DNA of 64,000 nt, from sequence record OR352938.1. One strand, 5' to 3'. The stretch comes from Escherichia phage AV108. The position numbers and the translations under genes are program-made. The notes beneath the pieces were generated by a model. The model was not told the DNA's origin, ran no database searches, and saw only the letters and a list, made by a program, of their open reading frames with translations. Below, in pieces: positions 39,051 to 47,915 of the stretch (positions are counted from its first letter, which is position 1; each line of letters begins with the position of its first letter).

Positions 39051-39527
39051 TTATTTTTCTTGATGCTCGCGATCGTACTTTTCGAAATAAAATTCTACTG
39101 GCTGGTCGTGGATTGACAGCAAGCCAAAGCGTTTAGCCGCTCGCAATCCCATATTGCGCTGAATGTACTTCTGGAAGTTCTCGCGTATACACTTACGCCA
39201 GGATTCTAAGCCCATGCAGCTTTTATAAAGATTGCATTGCACACATGCCGGATTCATGTTATCAAGTATATCATGCTCCGGTTTATGCATTCCTACAACC
39301 TTATACTTCCACGATCCATCATCATTACGGGCAATTCGTCCATTTTCATCATAGACAACCTTTGAGCGTCGTAATACTGGTTTGATATGGTCTGCGTGCC
39401 AGCGATCCCCTAGTTCCTCGCCACAATAGGCACAACGTCCACCGTATTTCATTTTCAGGATCTGACGTTGCTCTTTCTTTGACAATTTTTTAGGTTTAGG
39501 GGCTTTCGCCCCTTCATTATCACACAT
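39051..39527 (-). CDS. HNH endonuclease
   Basis: CAYCG...HADHIKP...N...CVQCN fits the HNH Cys/His signature; start overlaps ligase stop by 8 nt; true start may be an internal Met. Confidence 0.65.
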   Translation of the reverse strand: MCDNEGAKAPKPKKLSKKEQRQILKMKYGGRCAYCGEELGDRWHADHIKPVLRRSKVVYDENGRIARNDDGSWKYKVVGMHKPEHDILDNMNPACVQCNLYKSCMGLESWRKCIRENFQKYIQRNMGLRAAKRFGLLSIHDQPVEFYFEKYDREHQEK

Positions 39528-41016
39528 CGAATACCTCTTTTACTGTATTTGCAGCGGTCTTGTCGTAGCGAATACGTTTGATGATCGGGAGAAATAAAGA
39601 GAACTCCGGTTCATCTTCTTTACGTGATTTGCTGCGAATGTACCCGTTGCATGTCATCTCGATGACTTTTCCAATCAGGTTATGACGGTCAGCCCATAAC
39701 ATTTCTCGGTCAAGTTCATTTCGACGATCGAACGGAATTACACGTTCGATACCATCATCACCTTTTTCGGTTGTAGTGTCGGTTAATCCCGATCCGGTGT
39801 TAGTCATCATTCGTCCACACGCACTACGGACAGTAAAACCGCCTACCTTATTGGGGTCTTTACTATGCGGATATACATCAACAATTTCCGCGTCGAAGTC
39901 AATCACTTCTTTAAATTTAACCTGATCTTTACTACGGCGATCTTCAAATACACCATGTAAATTTTTAAGGATAATACCTTCTAAGCCCATGTTGACATAA
40001 CGATGATATACTTCGCGAGCTTCATCGATATTGTTAACTACAGTGTTTTCGATGATCTGAACACGAGGATCGTTAAGTTCTTCAACAATCTGTTTTAGTT
40101 CTTCAAATCGATCTTTATATTGCTTCGTTGCTTTCTCGTTTCCGTAGTACACATCACGGTCGATAACATCCCAGACAGTGTAAACAATACATTGGGCTTC
40201 TTCTTTTGGAATAGTTCCTTTCAGTGATTTGTTGAGGATACCATTTCCGGTCTGACGGTCTGCAACAACGGATTCTTTCACTGCTTCCGCTACTGGCGTT
40301 AATGGCATTTCCTCTTCTTCAAATATCCATGACAGAGTACCATCATAAACGCTCTCAACGAAGTTCTGCGCTGGTGTTTGCGAAAGGGTAGGCATATATA
40401 CCAATTCACCATCTAGAACAATTCCACGGCCTCGTAGACGCTCTAAAACCGCAAACAAATCATCAAGTCCTTGATAGGTATTACCTGAGCGGGTATAGAT
40501 TGCTAATGTTTCCCCGTCAATATCAGCCATACCACGAGCGCCATCGCTTTTAAGTTGTGCATACGCCGGATACTTGATATTAGCAATAGTCTTATCAGAA
40601 CATGACGATGCAAGGTGACACGGTTGCTGGGGGATCAGTTTCTTCCATACCTTGTTTGCAGTGGTAGCGGAACAACCACATTCCAGATCACGATTCAGGA
40701 CCATCATTGCAACTTTAGCATCATCTTCTGACAAGCAAGTCAGAGTATCGGTAACTAGCTGTAATGCTGCGTTACCAGTTACTTGACGCGTGGCAAGTTT
40801 ATTTTTAAAGACCTGTAATGCACCGGATAAAGACAATACAGACGAATAGCGAGATGGTTTATCGTATTTCTTTACGCCAAACGTAACCTGTTTGCAATAT
40901 GCCAGATAAAAGCATTCTTTCAGTGTTTCATTGCTTGCAGATTCTTTCAGGATCTTTTCTTTCAGCGATGTTTTGTCGGTCGCTGCAAGCTGGTTAATGA
41001 TATTAAGAATTGACAT
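39520..41016 (-). CDS. 30: ATP-dependent DNA ligase (T4 gp30-like)
   Basis: KSDG adenylation motif (AQLKSDGARGM) and collinearity with T4 ligase as recalled; ATG at 41016 (track start 41022 is GTG). Confidence 0.88.
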   Translation of the reverse strand: MSILNIINQLAATDKTSLKEKILKESASNETLKECFYLAYCKQVTFGVKKYDKPSRYSSVLSLSGALQVFKNKLATRQVTGNAALQLVTDTLTCLSEDDAKVAMMVLNRDLECGCSATTANKVWKKLIPQQPCHLASSCSDKTIANIKYPAYAQLKSDGARGMADIDGETLAIYTRSGNTYQGLDDLFAVLERLRGRGIVLDGELVYMPTLSQTPAQNFVESVYDGTLSWIFEEEEMPLTPVAEAVKESVVADRQTGNGILNKSLKGTIPKEEAQCIVYTVWDVIDRDVYYGNEKATKQYKDRFEELKQIVEELNDPRVQIIENTVVNNIDEAREVYHRYVNMGLEGIILKNLHGVFEDRRSKDQVKFKEVIDFDAEIVDVYPHSKDPNKVGGFTVRSACGRMMTNTGSGLTDTTTEKGDDGIERVIPFDRRNELDREMLWADRHNLIGKVIEMTCNGYIRSKSRKEDEPEFSLFLPIIKRIRYDKTAANTVKEVFDV

Positions 41017-41482
41017 TTTCACCTCGTTTTGTTAAACGTTCACGAATATCATTGAGGATACTACAAAATTCCGATTCAGTCAATATAGTCTTTAACGGAT
41101 CAGTTCCACCTATGCTATGACGCAATTTCTTATTTCCGGTAGCGAGTAATGCTTTACAAAATTCTGGGTTATTCCGTGCCATCGTAACAAATGCCAGATG
41201 TACCAGTCTGTAATAATGCTCACTCATTCGATGAATAGGGCGACCCTGAAAATATAACATGTGATTCTCAATCTTTTCAGTTCTTCCGGTTCTTTTTGCT
41301 TTGCCACCGTGCATCAAAAAGATTTCTCTTTGTCTCTGAGGGTTCTTAAATCTTAGCCCCTGTAAAAATCCTTCTGTGCTGTTAATATCGCAACCAAATA
41401 GACGGAATGGTCTTTTATTGAAATTACTCAATTCACCCGATGGATAAGGTCCACCCGCATAGATATCAATTTCAGAAGTCAT
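41003..41482 (-). CDS. NADAR (YbiA-like) domain protein, putative
   Basis: 159 aa; GELSNF, STEGFLQGLRF, ALLATGNKKL.HS parallel the YbiA/NADAR pattern as recalled. Confidence 0.5.
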   Translation of the reverse strand: MTSEIDIYAGGPYPSGELSNFNKRPFRLFGCDINSTEGFLQGLRFKNPQRQREIFLMHGGKAKRTGRTEKIENHMLYFQGRPIHRMSEHYYRLVHLAFVTMARNNPEFCKALLATGNKKLRHSIGGTDPLKTILTESEFCSILNDIRERLTKRGENVNS

Positions 41483-41636
41483 TGAAACTAATCTCGCTAA
41501 TCAGAGAGAACGGATCATAATCGTCATTAGGAATATCGATAGTAATCGAATGAGGGTTTACCCATACACCAAACTGGTCTTCTTCGGTTAATACTTCGGT
41601 ATGGATTTCGTGGATGTTTACATTCATAGTTTTCAT
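41472..41636 (-). CDS. hypothetical small protein (54 aa)
   Basis: Short ORF between gp31 terminator and NADAR-like gene; weak evidence. Confidence 0.25.
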   Translation of the reverse strand: MKTMNVNIHEIHTEVLTEEDQFGVWVNPHSITIDIPNDDYDPFSLISEISFNDF

Positions 41637-41679
41637 AATAAAATTTCCTTAATAATCAATAACTTACAAAATCATATAG

Positions 41680-41708
41680 TCAAAATATAGGCGGGATTAT
41701 TTCCCGCC
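41680..41708 (-). terminator. rho-independent terminator after gene 31
   Basis: GGCGGGA-loop-TCCCGCC hairpin; minus-strand U-rich tract. Confidence 0.6.
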
Positions 41709-41719
41709 GTTTAAAATCA

Positions 41720-42043
41720 TTAACCGTAAACTACCACAATATTCTGTTTGTGTGTTACAGTCCATTTCAGGTCGATCTCTTCTTCCTTCTTAACGCCGTT
41801 AATAACGTCTGGATGAGGAACTTTATTCATCTTGCCATGTGGCAGTAGAACAGTTTTACCCAGCAATTCTTTATCTACAGTCTCGCCAATATCAATAATC
41901 TTACCTACCAGCGGAATCTCACCCATAGTGCGCTTTTGCTCAATAATGATCCCCATAGAGCTTTTTACTTCGGTCCCTGCGCTTTCTGCTTTCGCTTCGA
42001 TAATTACATAATCACCAAGTGCTTTAGGAGTTTTAACGGTCAT
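41720..42043 (-). CDS. 31: GroES-like co-chaperonin for capsid folding (T4 gp31-like)
   Basis: 107 aa; size, GroES-like Gly/Val-rich beta pattern and position near cd and ligase. Confidence 0.75.
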   Translation of the reverse strand: MTVKTPKALGDYVIIEAKAESAGTEVKSSMGIIIEQKRTMGEIPLVGKIIDIGETVDKELLGKTVLLPHGKMNKVPHPDVINGVKKEEEIDLKWTVTHKQNIVVVYG

Positions 42044-42084
42044 AATTTTATTACCTCTTCAAATCAATACAGTTTAACGATGAA

Positions 42085-42399
42085 TTATTTATAAATTTCG
42101 ACGATCTGCGCTGGAGTCAGCCCGTCCACATTAATCAGACTATCAAGCCCAAAACTACGGAAACCTTCAACTGCAATTTCATATACTGGCAAAGATGTTT
42201 CTGATTCTTTACGCGGTTTTTCAACATTCGGAACTAACCACTTTTCGTATGTTTCGAAAGGCATCAGTGCCGGATCTCGCGTGGCGATCATCTCGCGGAC
42301 AGTACCATCTTTCTTAGTAAACTGCAAAGAGTGAGTACCAACCGAAAACATTTTCTTTAGTGCTTCACGAAGTGCGATATTATCAATTTGTTCGGTCAT
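42085..42399 (-). CDS. hypothetical protein (104 aa)
   Basis: ATG at 42399 (track start 42405 is TTG); no motif recognised. Confidence 0.5.
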   Translation of the reverse strand: MTEQIDNIALREALKKMFSVGTHSLQFTKKDGTVREMIATRDPALMPFETYEKWLVPNVEKPRKESETSLPVYEIAVEGFRSFGLDSLINVDGLTPAQIVEIYK

Positions 42400-42898
42400 T
42401 ATCAATACCCTTCAAATCTGTCAATAATGCTTTTGGAATACGCGTGATCGTAATATCTGCATTATTCAGAATATCAGCCCAATCACGCCCACCATTTCGA
42501 TCATATGTGTCGCAATAGTATAGATATTTAATTCCACTGTTTGCAATTGCTTTAGCGCAATCTGGACACGGTGAAGCAGTACACCACATACTAGCGCCTT
42601 CAATCGATACACCGCTACGGGCAGCAAACAAAATAGCATTTAATTCAGCGTGGATCTCGTTTTTCTGTGACCATGCACTATGCTCTGGTCGTTTTTCTGG
42701 GATCATTTTGCCGTCATCATCCAGCCAACCGTTTTTATGTGCATGACAGCTACAATTTACTTGCCCTGCTGGAGTTCCGTTAAATCCAGTAGAAATGATT
42801 CGCCCGTCTTTTTCGATCAGTGCGCCTACCTTCCACGAAACACATTTAGAGTTCTTTGCGATCAGATAGGCGATCTGCATGTAAGTTTGTGACAACAT
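42383..42898 (-). CDS. cd: dCMP deaminase
   Basis: Zinc-binding HAE (IHAELNAI) and PCxxC (SPCPDCAKAI) motifs of the cytidine/dCMP deaminase family. Confidence 0.85.
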   Translation of the reverse strand: MLSQTYMQIAYLIAKNSKCVSWKVGALIEKDGRIISTGFNGTPAGQVNCSCHAHKNGWLDDDGKMIPEKRPEHSAWSQKNEIHAELNAILFAARSGVSIEGASMWCTASPCPDCAKAIANSGIKYLYYCDTYDRNGGRDWADILNNADITITRIPKALLTDLKGIDNDRTN

Positions 42899-42919
42899 AA
42901 TATAATCCTCACATATTAA

Positions 42920-43123
42920 TTAACCGTATACGCGAAAGTATTCTACTGATCCGTCGCTATACTGTTTTACATTGAATGTATTCACACCATGATTATTTCT
43001 CATGATGACATATACACTGCGACGTTCATCGCTAAACGGCATAACTGGCGCTGGTTCAATATCAACACTAAAACCACGTTTAGCAAGTGCTTCGCCTAAT
43101 TGCTTGAGTTTATCGGTAAACAT
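42920..43123 (-). CDS. hypothetical protein (67 aa)
   Basis: ORF whose ATG overlaps the pseT stop (TAATG). Confidence 0.45.
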   Translation of the reverse strand: MFTDKLKQLGEALAKRGFSVDIEPAPVMPFSDERRSVYVIMRNNHGVNTFNVKQYSDGSVEYFRVYG

Positions 43124-44001
43124 TAAAATTCTCCGTAGTTAACCTGAAAACATTCTACACCAATTGAGCGGTACATGTCAACCACTTGATCACGGTCATC
43201 TACCGCCAAAACAACATGATAACGCGGTGCAATTTCAGAGAAGAAGATCTCTTTCTTCACTTCATGATCAGGACGACGATCATTAGTTTCACGTTGAAAG
43301 TGATCACTAGGTTCAATACCCTGTTCACGCAACCATTGCAGAGTATCTTCTTCGCAAACATCTTCGCGTCCTGAGCATGTAATGATACGATAACCATTAT
43401 CACGATACAGTTTAAGCATTTCGATCACTTGCGGACGCGGTTTATCTTCTTTGACCTTTGTCCAGTCAAACGGATGACGACCGCCCTTATCCGCTAATGT
43501 TCCATCAATATCAAAGATCACTGCCTTCGGCAGCATGGTATTCGGTTTGTATACTTCTTGACCCATATATTCCTGCATCAGATAAAATTGGTTGCGCAAA
43601 TGAGAAAGTGGGATTGCTTTCTCTCCGCGATAGAAATTACGTTTCTTTAGTGTCTCAAATGATTCATTGAACACTTGTTCAGTATACACCGCGTTAAATT
43701 CTTTTGCAAGTTCTTTGTAGAATACACGATGTTTTTCTTTCAGGTTAGTATCAGAGATAATGATACTAAATCCGCGTGATAGAGTCTCACGAGCAATCAT
43801 TCTCTGAATAGACTCTACCAGCTTTTCTTTTTCCTTAGTATACTTGTATTTCAAATGTGAGTCAACACCAAACAACATAAGACGAAGATCATCACGATTC
43901 ACATTACGATAATTACTAAACCGTTTACATGTTTCCATAGCCCATGTAGTTTTACCAGACCCAGAACAACCAACGGTTAAAATCACTTCACATTTCGGCA
44001 T
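43123..44001 (-). CDS. pseT: polynucleotide 5'-kinase / 3'-phosphatase
   Basis: Walker A GCSGSGKTT near the N-terminus and HAD motif VIFDIDGTL; ATG at 44001 with AGGAGA RBS (track start is GTG). Confidence 0.88.
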   Translation of the reverse strand: MPKCEVILTVGCSGSGKTTWAMETCKRFSNYRNVNRDDLRLMLFGVDSHLKYKYTKEKEKLVESIQRMIARETLSRGFSIIISDTNLKEKHRVFYKELAKEFNAVYTEQVFNESFETLKKRNFYRGEKAIPLSHLRNQFYLMQEYMGQEVYKPNTMLPKAVIFDIDGTLADKGGRHPFDWTKVKEDKPRPQVIEMLKLYRDNGYRIITCSGREDVCEEDTLQWLREQGIEPSDHFQRETNDRRPDHEVKKEIFFSEIAPRYHVVLAVDDRDQVVDMYRSIGVECFQVNYGEF

Positions 44002-44453
44002 TATTTCTCCTTCGGTTTGCACCGTTCCTCATTAATTTCTTTTCGATAATAACACATGATCAACTTACTTTCAAGTGTATATCTCTTAATATCCGCAAGC
44101 CAGACTCTGAATTTTTGGGAGTCCTCCCACGACATAGAAACTCTAGGTTTACCGTCTATTGTATCCACTTTCAGGTCAATGTCAACTTTTTCTATTGGTG
44201 CTGGTAGTGGAGGATGTAATTTCGGTTCCTGTGAATAATGGTCCATTGTACACGAAGAAAGCGCAAATACAATAGGCACAGCGAAGACGTGGATTATGGC
44301 GGTCTGGAAATTCTTATGTGCTTTCTTAAACATCCAGTGTATCACGAAAATTGAAAACACCATCAGGATAATAATGCTTGCACCTATCCACAGATAATCA
44401 ACCAGATTAAAATTGCTTATCTGCTCTTGTGTAGGCAATATTTCTATGCTCAT
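44001..44453 (-). CDS. putative outer-membrane spanin-like lipoprotein (boundaries uncertain)
   Basis: Hydrophobic segment then KK...AVPIVFALSSC lipobox and PPLPAP proline-rich region; perfect RBS AAGGAGG at the 44453 start. Confidence 0.4.
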   Translation of the reverse strand: MSIEILPTQEQISNFNLVDYLWIGASIIILMVFSIFVIHWMFKKAHKNFQTAIIHVFAVPIVFALSSCTMDHYSQEPKLHPPLPAPIEKVDIDLKVDTIDGKPRVSMSWEDSQKFRVWLADIKRYTLESKLIMCYYRKEINEERCKPKEK

Positions 44454-44773
44454 TTAGTAGCCTCCTTTAATTCTTCGGTAAACTCCTTAAATGAGTCATT
44501 AAGCTGTTTCTCTACCAACTTGGGTTTTTGTGCTACTACATAGCCTCGTGTAGCGTCTTTCATTGCTTTGTTTTGTTCTTCCGCAAACTTAGTTCTTATT
44601 CCATACATCTCCTTTTGTAGTGAGTCTACGACCTTCATCTTTTCATCGGTCTTTTTCTTATACTCTGTAAATTCCTGATTCAGTCGATCTACCTCCTTTT
44701 TATTTTCCCACCACATATTACCACCTACCCCTAGCAACACAGAGATGATAACAATGTATATCAGCTTTGACAT
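44450..44773 (-). CDS. putative inner-membrane spanin-like protein
   Basis: ATG 44773; N-terminal TM helix (LIYIVIISVLLGVGG) then charged coiled-coil periplasmic domain. Confidence 0.45.
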   Translation of the reverse strand: MSKLIYIVIISVLLGVGGNMWWENKKEVDRLNQEFTEYKKKTDEKMKVVDSLQKEMYGIRTKFAEEQNKAMKDATRGYVVAQKPKLVEKQLNDSFKEFTEELKEATK

Positions 44774-44780
44774 ATTACCC

Positions 44781-44811
44781 CCAACGACAAAAGGCGGGGA
44801 ACTAGCCCCGC
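44781..44811 (-). terminator. rho-independent terminator after rnlA
   Basis: GCGGGG-AACTAG-CCCCGC hairpin; minus-strand U-rich tract. Confidence 0.6.
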
Positions 44812-44817
44812 TTATTA

Positions 44818-45987
44818 TTACCAATCAATCTTATCAGCCGGAATAAGTTTCTTATAATTCCGTAGATAGTAAGTTTTCATTGAATCCAGAATACGGTCAT
44901 AATCAAGACCATCAAATGCAATCATCAGACACATGAAAATATATGCTTGTGCATCACCATGTTTACGTGATTCGATAGTCGCATTGGATGCATATGTCTT
45001 TCTGTCTTCTCCCGCGTGTGCGTTATAAAATTCTGTTGCTGTCGTGAAGGCATTGCGAAGAATAGACCTGAATGCTTCCTCGAATAGCTCGATTCGTTCC
45101 AGTGCTTCCGGTTCGCCTTCATATGCAGCACGCAAATCATCGGTTTCGCTTTCTACGACATAGTAGATCAGGTTATTAGGAAACATCGATGTGTTTTTAA
45201 TGTTATGCACACCAATATACCATTCACTCTTCACTTTGAACATTTGACCGTCTTTAGTGCGTGCAACAATTCCTTCGATACCTTCTGCGGTCCGAACTTC
45301 ATCAAGAATATTGCTAAAACGCGCTGAATCAACCTGTAACGCATTTACCAGATGAGAACGTAGGATTGCGTCAGCAAATAGCATTTGATGCGGTACGTAC
45401 TCTCCTGTGACGTTATGGCGTACATTCAGAAGTGTTAGCGACGGTTCAGAATATTCTACAACAATTCGGTTGCTGGGCGCTGTATATTCAAAGTTGAAAG
45501 TATAATCAGACCCAATATCAGCAATCTTAGCGCGTAGATCCGCATACTTCTCTGAATACAGAAGACCGTTTGCTCTCTCTGCCTGGCTTGAGTACAAGGC
45601 CGCTTTAGACTTCAACTGAACATAGCCGTTATCAATGTAGGTGCTTACTAGACTACCGTCCATTTTGTCCATGACCATTTCCACATCTTCCGGCTTAAAG
45701 CGAGCGCGATCATTCTCGCCTAAATTAAAAAACTTCTCCATAGGACGAGATGCAATGCGGACCGGACGACCTTTATCGTCAATTTCAAACATGATCCCGC
45801 GACACTCTAACGCATCTGGTTTATTCCACATTTCCGGTTTGCTCAAGTACAGATAACTAAAAATGCGCATACGGGTTTGCATCGCCGTAATTTCATCTTT
45901 GTAATAGAACGTATCAGATCCGTCACATAGTGCCATCAGATTTTTGAACAATGCTAAAACTTTTTTGTTGTTTTCTTTTGTTGACAT
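44818..45987 (-). CDS. rnlA: RNA ligase 1
   Basis: KxDG adenylation motif (MDKMDGSLVSTY) and collinearity with T4 Rnl1 as recalled (ECRGIMFE, ASRPMEKFFNL). Confidence 0.88.
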   Translation of the reverse strand: MSTKENNKKVLALFKNLMALCDGSDTFYYKDEITAMQTRMRIFSYLYLSKPEMWNKPDALECRGIMFEIDDKGRPVRIASRPMEKFFNLGENDRARFKPEDVEMVMDKMDGSLVSTYIDNGYVQLKSKAALYSSQAERANGLLYSEKYADLRAKIADIGSDYTFNFEYTAPSNRIVVEYSEPSLTLLNVRHNVTGEYVPHQMLFADAILRSHLVNALQVDSARFSNILDEVRTAEGIEGIVARTKDGQMFKVKSEWYIGVHNIKNTSMFPNNLIYYVVESETDDLRAAYEGEPEALERIELFEEAFRSILRNAFTTATEFYNAHAGEDRKTYASNATIESRKHGDAQAYIFMCLMIAFDGLDYDRILDSMKTYYLRNYKKLIPADKIDW

Positions 45988-46384
45988 AATTTGTGTTCCA
46001 TTCTGGTTTAAATTTGGTGATCAAAACAGGTTCTTCGATATCGGCAGTGCTTATAATATCCTTACCCGTTGGATTCTCGATGTACAACTCAAAGCACTGT
46101 CGGTAATAGAATGTTACTGTCTTACCTTCCTCTAGCGCCTTATGAATATTCTTACTCTTGCGAGTATCCGCTGTTGGTGTTTGTCTGTTAATGCTAGTCC
46201 GGTAATAATTGATCCGCTTTCTGAGATTGACAGTCTGACCAATGTATACCAGTTCATCATCAACAACAATAGCGTAAAGAACATTTAAACGGTTCTTCTG
46301 AGGCGGCAGAATCACATCACCATCTTTACACTCTAAACATGAATATTTAACGAATCCATAGTTTTCTATTAGCTCATTAATCAT
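45923..46384 (-). CDS. denA: endonuclease II (GIY-YIG family)
   Basis: NVLYAIVVDDELVYIGQTVNLRKRINYYRT closely parallels T4 DenA as recalled; 3' end overlaps rnlA start by about 65 nt. Confidence 0.85.
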   Translation of the reverse strand: MINELIENYGFVKYSCLECKDGDVILPPQKNRLNVLYAIVVDDELVYIGQTVNLRKRINYYRTSINRQTPTADTRKSKNIHKALEEGKTVTFYYRQCFELYIENPTGKDIISTADIEEPVLITKFKPEWNTNYVNKRKQQKSFSIVQKSDGTM

Positions 46385-46400
46385 TATCCTTTCCTCACGT

Positions 46401-46427
46401 CACAACAAAGGCGGGATTTCTCCCGCC
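46401..46427 (-). terminator. rho-independent terminator
   Basis: GGCGGGA-TTTC-TCCCGCC hairpin; minus-strand U-run. Confidence 0.6.
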
Positions 46428-46434
46428 CACCTTA

Positions 46435-46833
46435 TTAACTTTCCAGAATATCGCGAGCTTCGTTACGCTCCTTGATGATTTTCAGGACAAATTCCAGTTT
46501 TTCTTTGTTCAGCGTTCCATTTTCCATTGCTTCTTTGACGGTAAACACTCCGCCACCTTGCCCGTATACAGTGACAGTGATTTCACCTAACATCGTGGTA
46601 TGAAAACCGCCAATTTTCGGTGATTCGAAAGAAACAATTACCTCGCGAACAGTATTACCGTCGTTGATTTCTGAGAGGGTAATGTCGTTTTTGTAGGCGG
46701 TTGCTTTAACCATACGGATCAGCATAGTCTGATCTGGGGAGATGGTCATTTTGTCCATTGCATGTTGCAATGCAGCGTAACCGAAAACTTTAACGAAGTC
46801 CAGAACATCTTTGCGAGTTTGAAATTTAATCAT
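46435..46833 (-). CDS. hypothetical protein (132 aa)
   Basis: ORF with ATG; no recognised motif. Confidence 0.5.
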   Translation of the reverse strand: MIKFQTRKDVLDFVKVFGYAALQHAMDKMTISPDQTMLIRMVKATAYKNDITLSEINDGNTVREVIVSFESPKIGGFHTTMLGEITVTVYGQGGGVFTVKEAMENGTLNKEKLEFVLKIIKERNEARDILES

Positions 46834-46903
46834 CTTGATACTCCTTAGTTGTTTTGGTATGGGAGTATCTTACTAAGTATCTTACTACTCCCCAACTGCT
46901 TTT

Positions 46904-47053
46904 TTATGCAACCGCAAACATCAACATTTGAACATTCTTGGCTGTCTGGCTTTCAAAGTTCTGACATTCTTTGATAATGTCCTCTACTTTCTCGCCGGAG
47001 ATCTCCGCGTAAGTTTCGATTGCCATTTTCAGTACCGCGTCAAAGTTGTTCAT
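46904..47053 (-). CDS. hypothetical small protein (49 aa)
   Basis: ORF with GGAGAA RBS downstream of promoter 47085-47114. Confidence 0.35.
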   Translation of the reverse strand: MNNFDAVLKMAIETYAEISGEKVEDIIKECQNFESQTAKNVQMLMFAVA

Positions 47054-47084
47054 TTGATTCTCCTTTGTTTCGTTTCGATGGGGG

Positions 47085-47114
47085 TATATTAATACCCCCG
47101 TTATTCAGTGTCAA
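47085..47114 (-). promoter_or_regulatory. sigma70-like early promoter with palindrome over the -10
   Basis: TTGACA then 18 nt then TAATAT; palindrome GGGGGTATATTAATACCCCC spans the -10. Confidence 0.45.
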
Positions 47115-47121
47115 CTACTTT

Positions 47122-47340
47122 TTACTTGTTGTATTCATTCCACCATTGGGTGAGCTTATCAATTATTTTTGTGTTTCTATCCAACTTATCCCACCGTTTT
47201 CGAGGGTTTATCAACCGTAATAGGTAAGGTGTACTTGTTAAGTGAACTCGGTCAATATAGTGATTGATGTACTGTTTTTCGATTCTAAGTTTCATCTTTT
47301 TACGATGAAAATATGCAATGACTTGTTCTTCTGTTTCCAT
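47122..47340 (-). CDS. hypothetical protein (72 aa)
   Basis: ATG at 47340 with GGAGG RBS (track start 47394 lies inside the promoter). Confidence 0.45.
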   Translation of the reverse strand: METEEQVIAYFHRKKMKLRIEKQYINHYIDRVHLTSTPYLLRLINPRKRWDKLDRNTKIIDKLTQWWNEYNK

Positions 47341-47362
47341 ATGTTCCTCCGTTTCGATGTGT

Positions 47363-47391
47363 ATTATGCTATGGCAAGATCCGATTGTCAA
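47363..47391 (-). promoter_or_regulatory. sigma70-like early promoter (TTGACA-17-CATAAT)
   Basis: Minus-strand -35/-10 pair. Confidence 0.55.
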
Positions 47392-47438
47392 CACCCAATA
47401 ACAAAAAAGTCGCCACTATGGGCGACTTTGAACAAACA

Positions 47439-47915
47439 TTAATCATGACCGTGATTTGCAATGTCCGCTCGCGTCTTATCTTTGTGATTTCCTACGTCAA
47501 AGACACGATAACCATTTTCACGCAAAACTTTAATCACTTCTGGGTTATCCTCAAAGACTCCGACAACTTCATCTTTATCAAAGGATTTAATTACCTCTAA
47601 TTTGATGTGATAGTCTTTACGGGAATCGGTACGGCCTCTCATAAAGATTTTATCAAAACACACCCCGTTAGAAATTAACCAATCAATTGTTTCCATGTAA
47701 GCATGTGAACTTCGTCCGGTGAGGATGTAAATCAAATGCCCGTTGTCGGAAAGAGCATTAATAACACGAATTACATCGTAAATGGGGGAATCTCCCCCAC
47801 ATGCCTTGTTATATTCGATCCATGACTCGACTTTATCAAGATTTTCGGTTGGCATCTTTGCTAGTCGATGTGTTGGATCTGTGATCGTAAAATCTAAATC
47901 GACAAAATATATCAT
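47439..47915 (-). CDS. HAD-superfamily hydrolase (putative nucleotidase/phosphatase)
   Basis: N-terminal VDLDFTIT (DxDxT) motif; 158 aa. Confidence 0.5.
   Translation of the reverse strand: MIYFVDLDFTITDPTHRLAKMPTENLDKVESWIEYNKACGGDSPIYDVIRVINALSDNGHLIYILTGRSSHAYMETIDWLISNGVCFDKIFMRGRTDSRKDYHIKLEVIKSFDKDEVVGVFEDNPEVIKVLRENGYRVFDVGNHKDKTRADIANHGHD

Noticed and set aside
39488-39505. Hairpin GGGGC-TTTC-GCCCC as terminator after the ligase gene
   Set aside because: It lies within the first codons of the HNH ORF and is followed on the minus strand by an A-rich rather than U-rich tract; may be incidental or structural.
45923-45987. 65-nt overlap between denA and rnlA as a sign of frameshift or pseudogene
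   Set aside because: Both proteins are full length relative to the recalled T4 homologs; rnlA may start at an internal Met (45936), reducing the overlap to about 14 nt.
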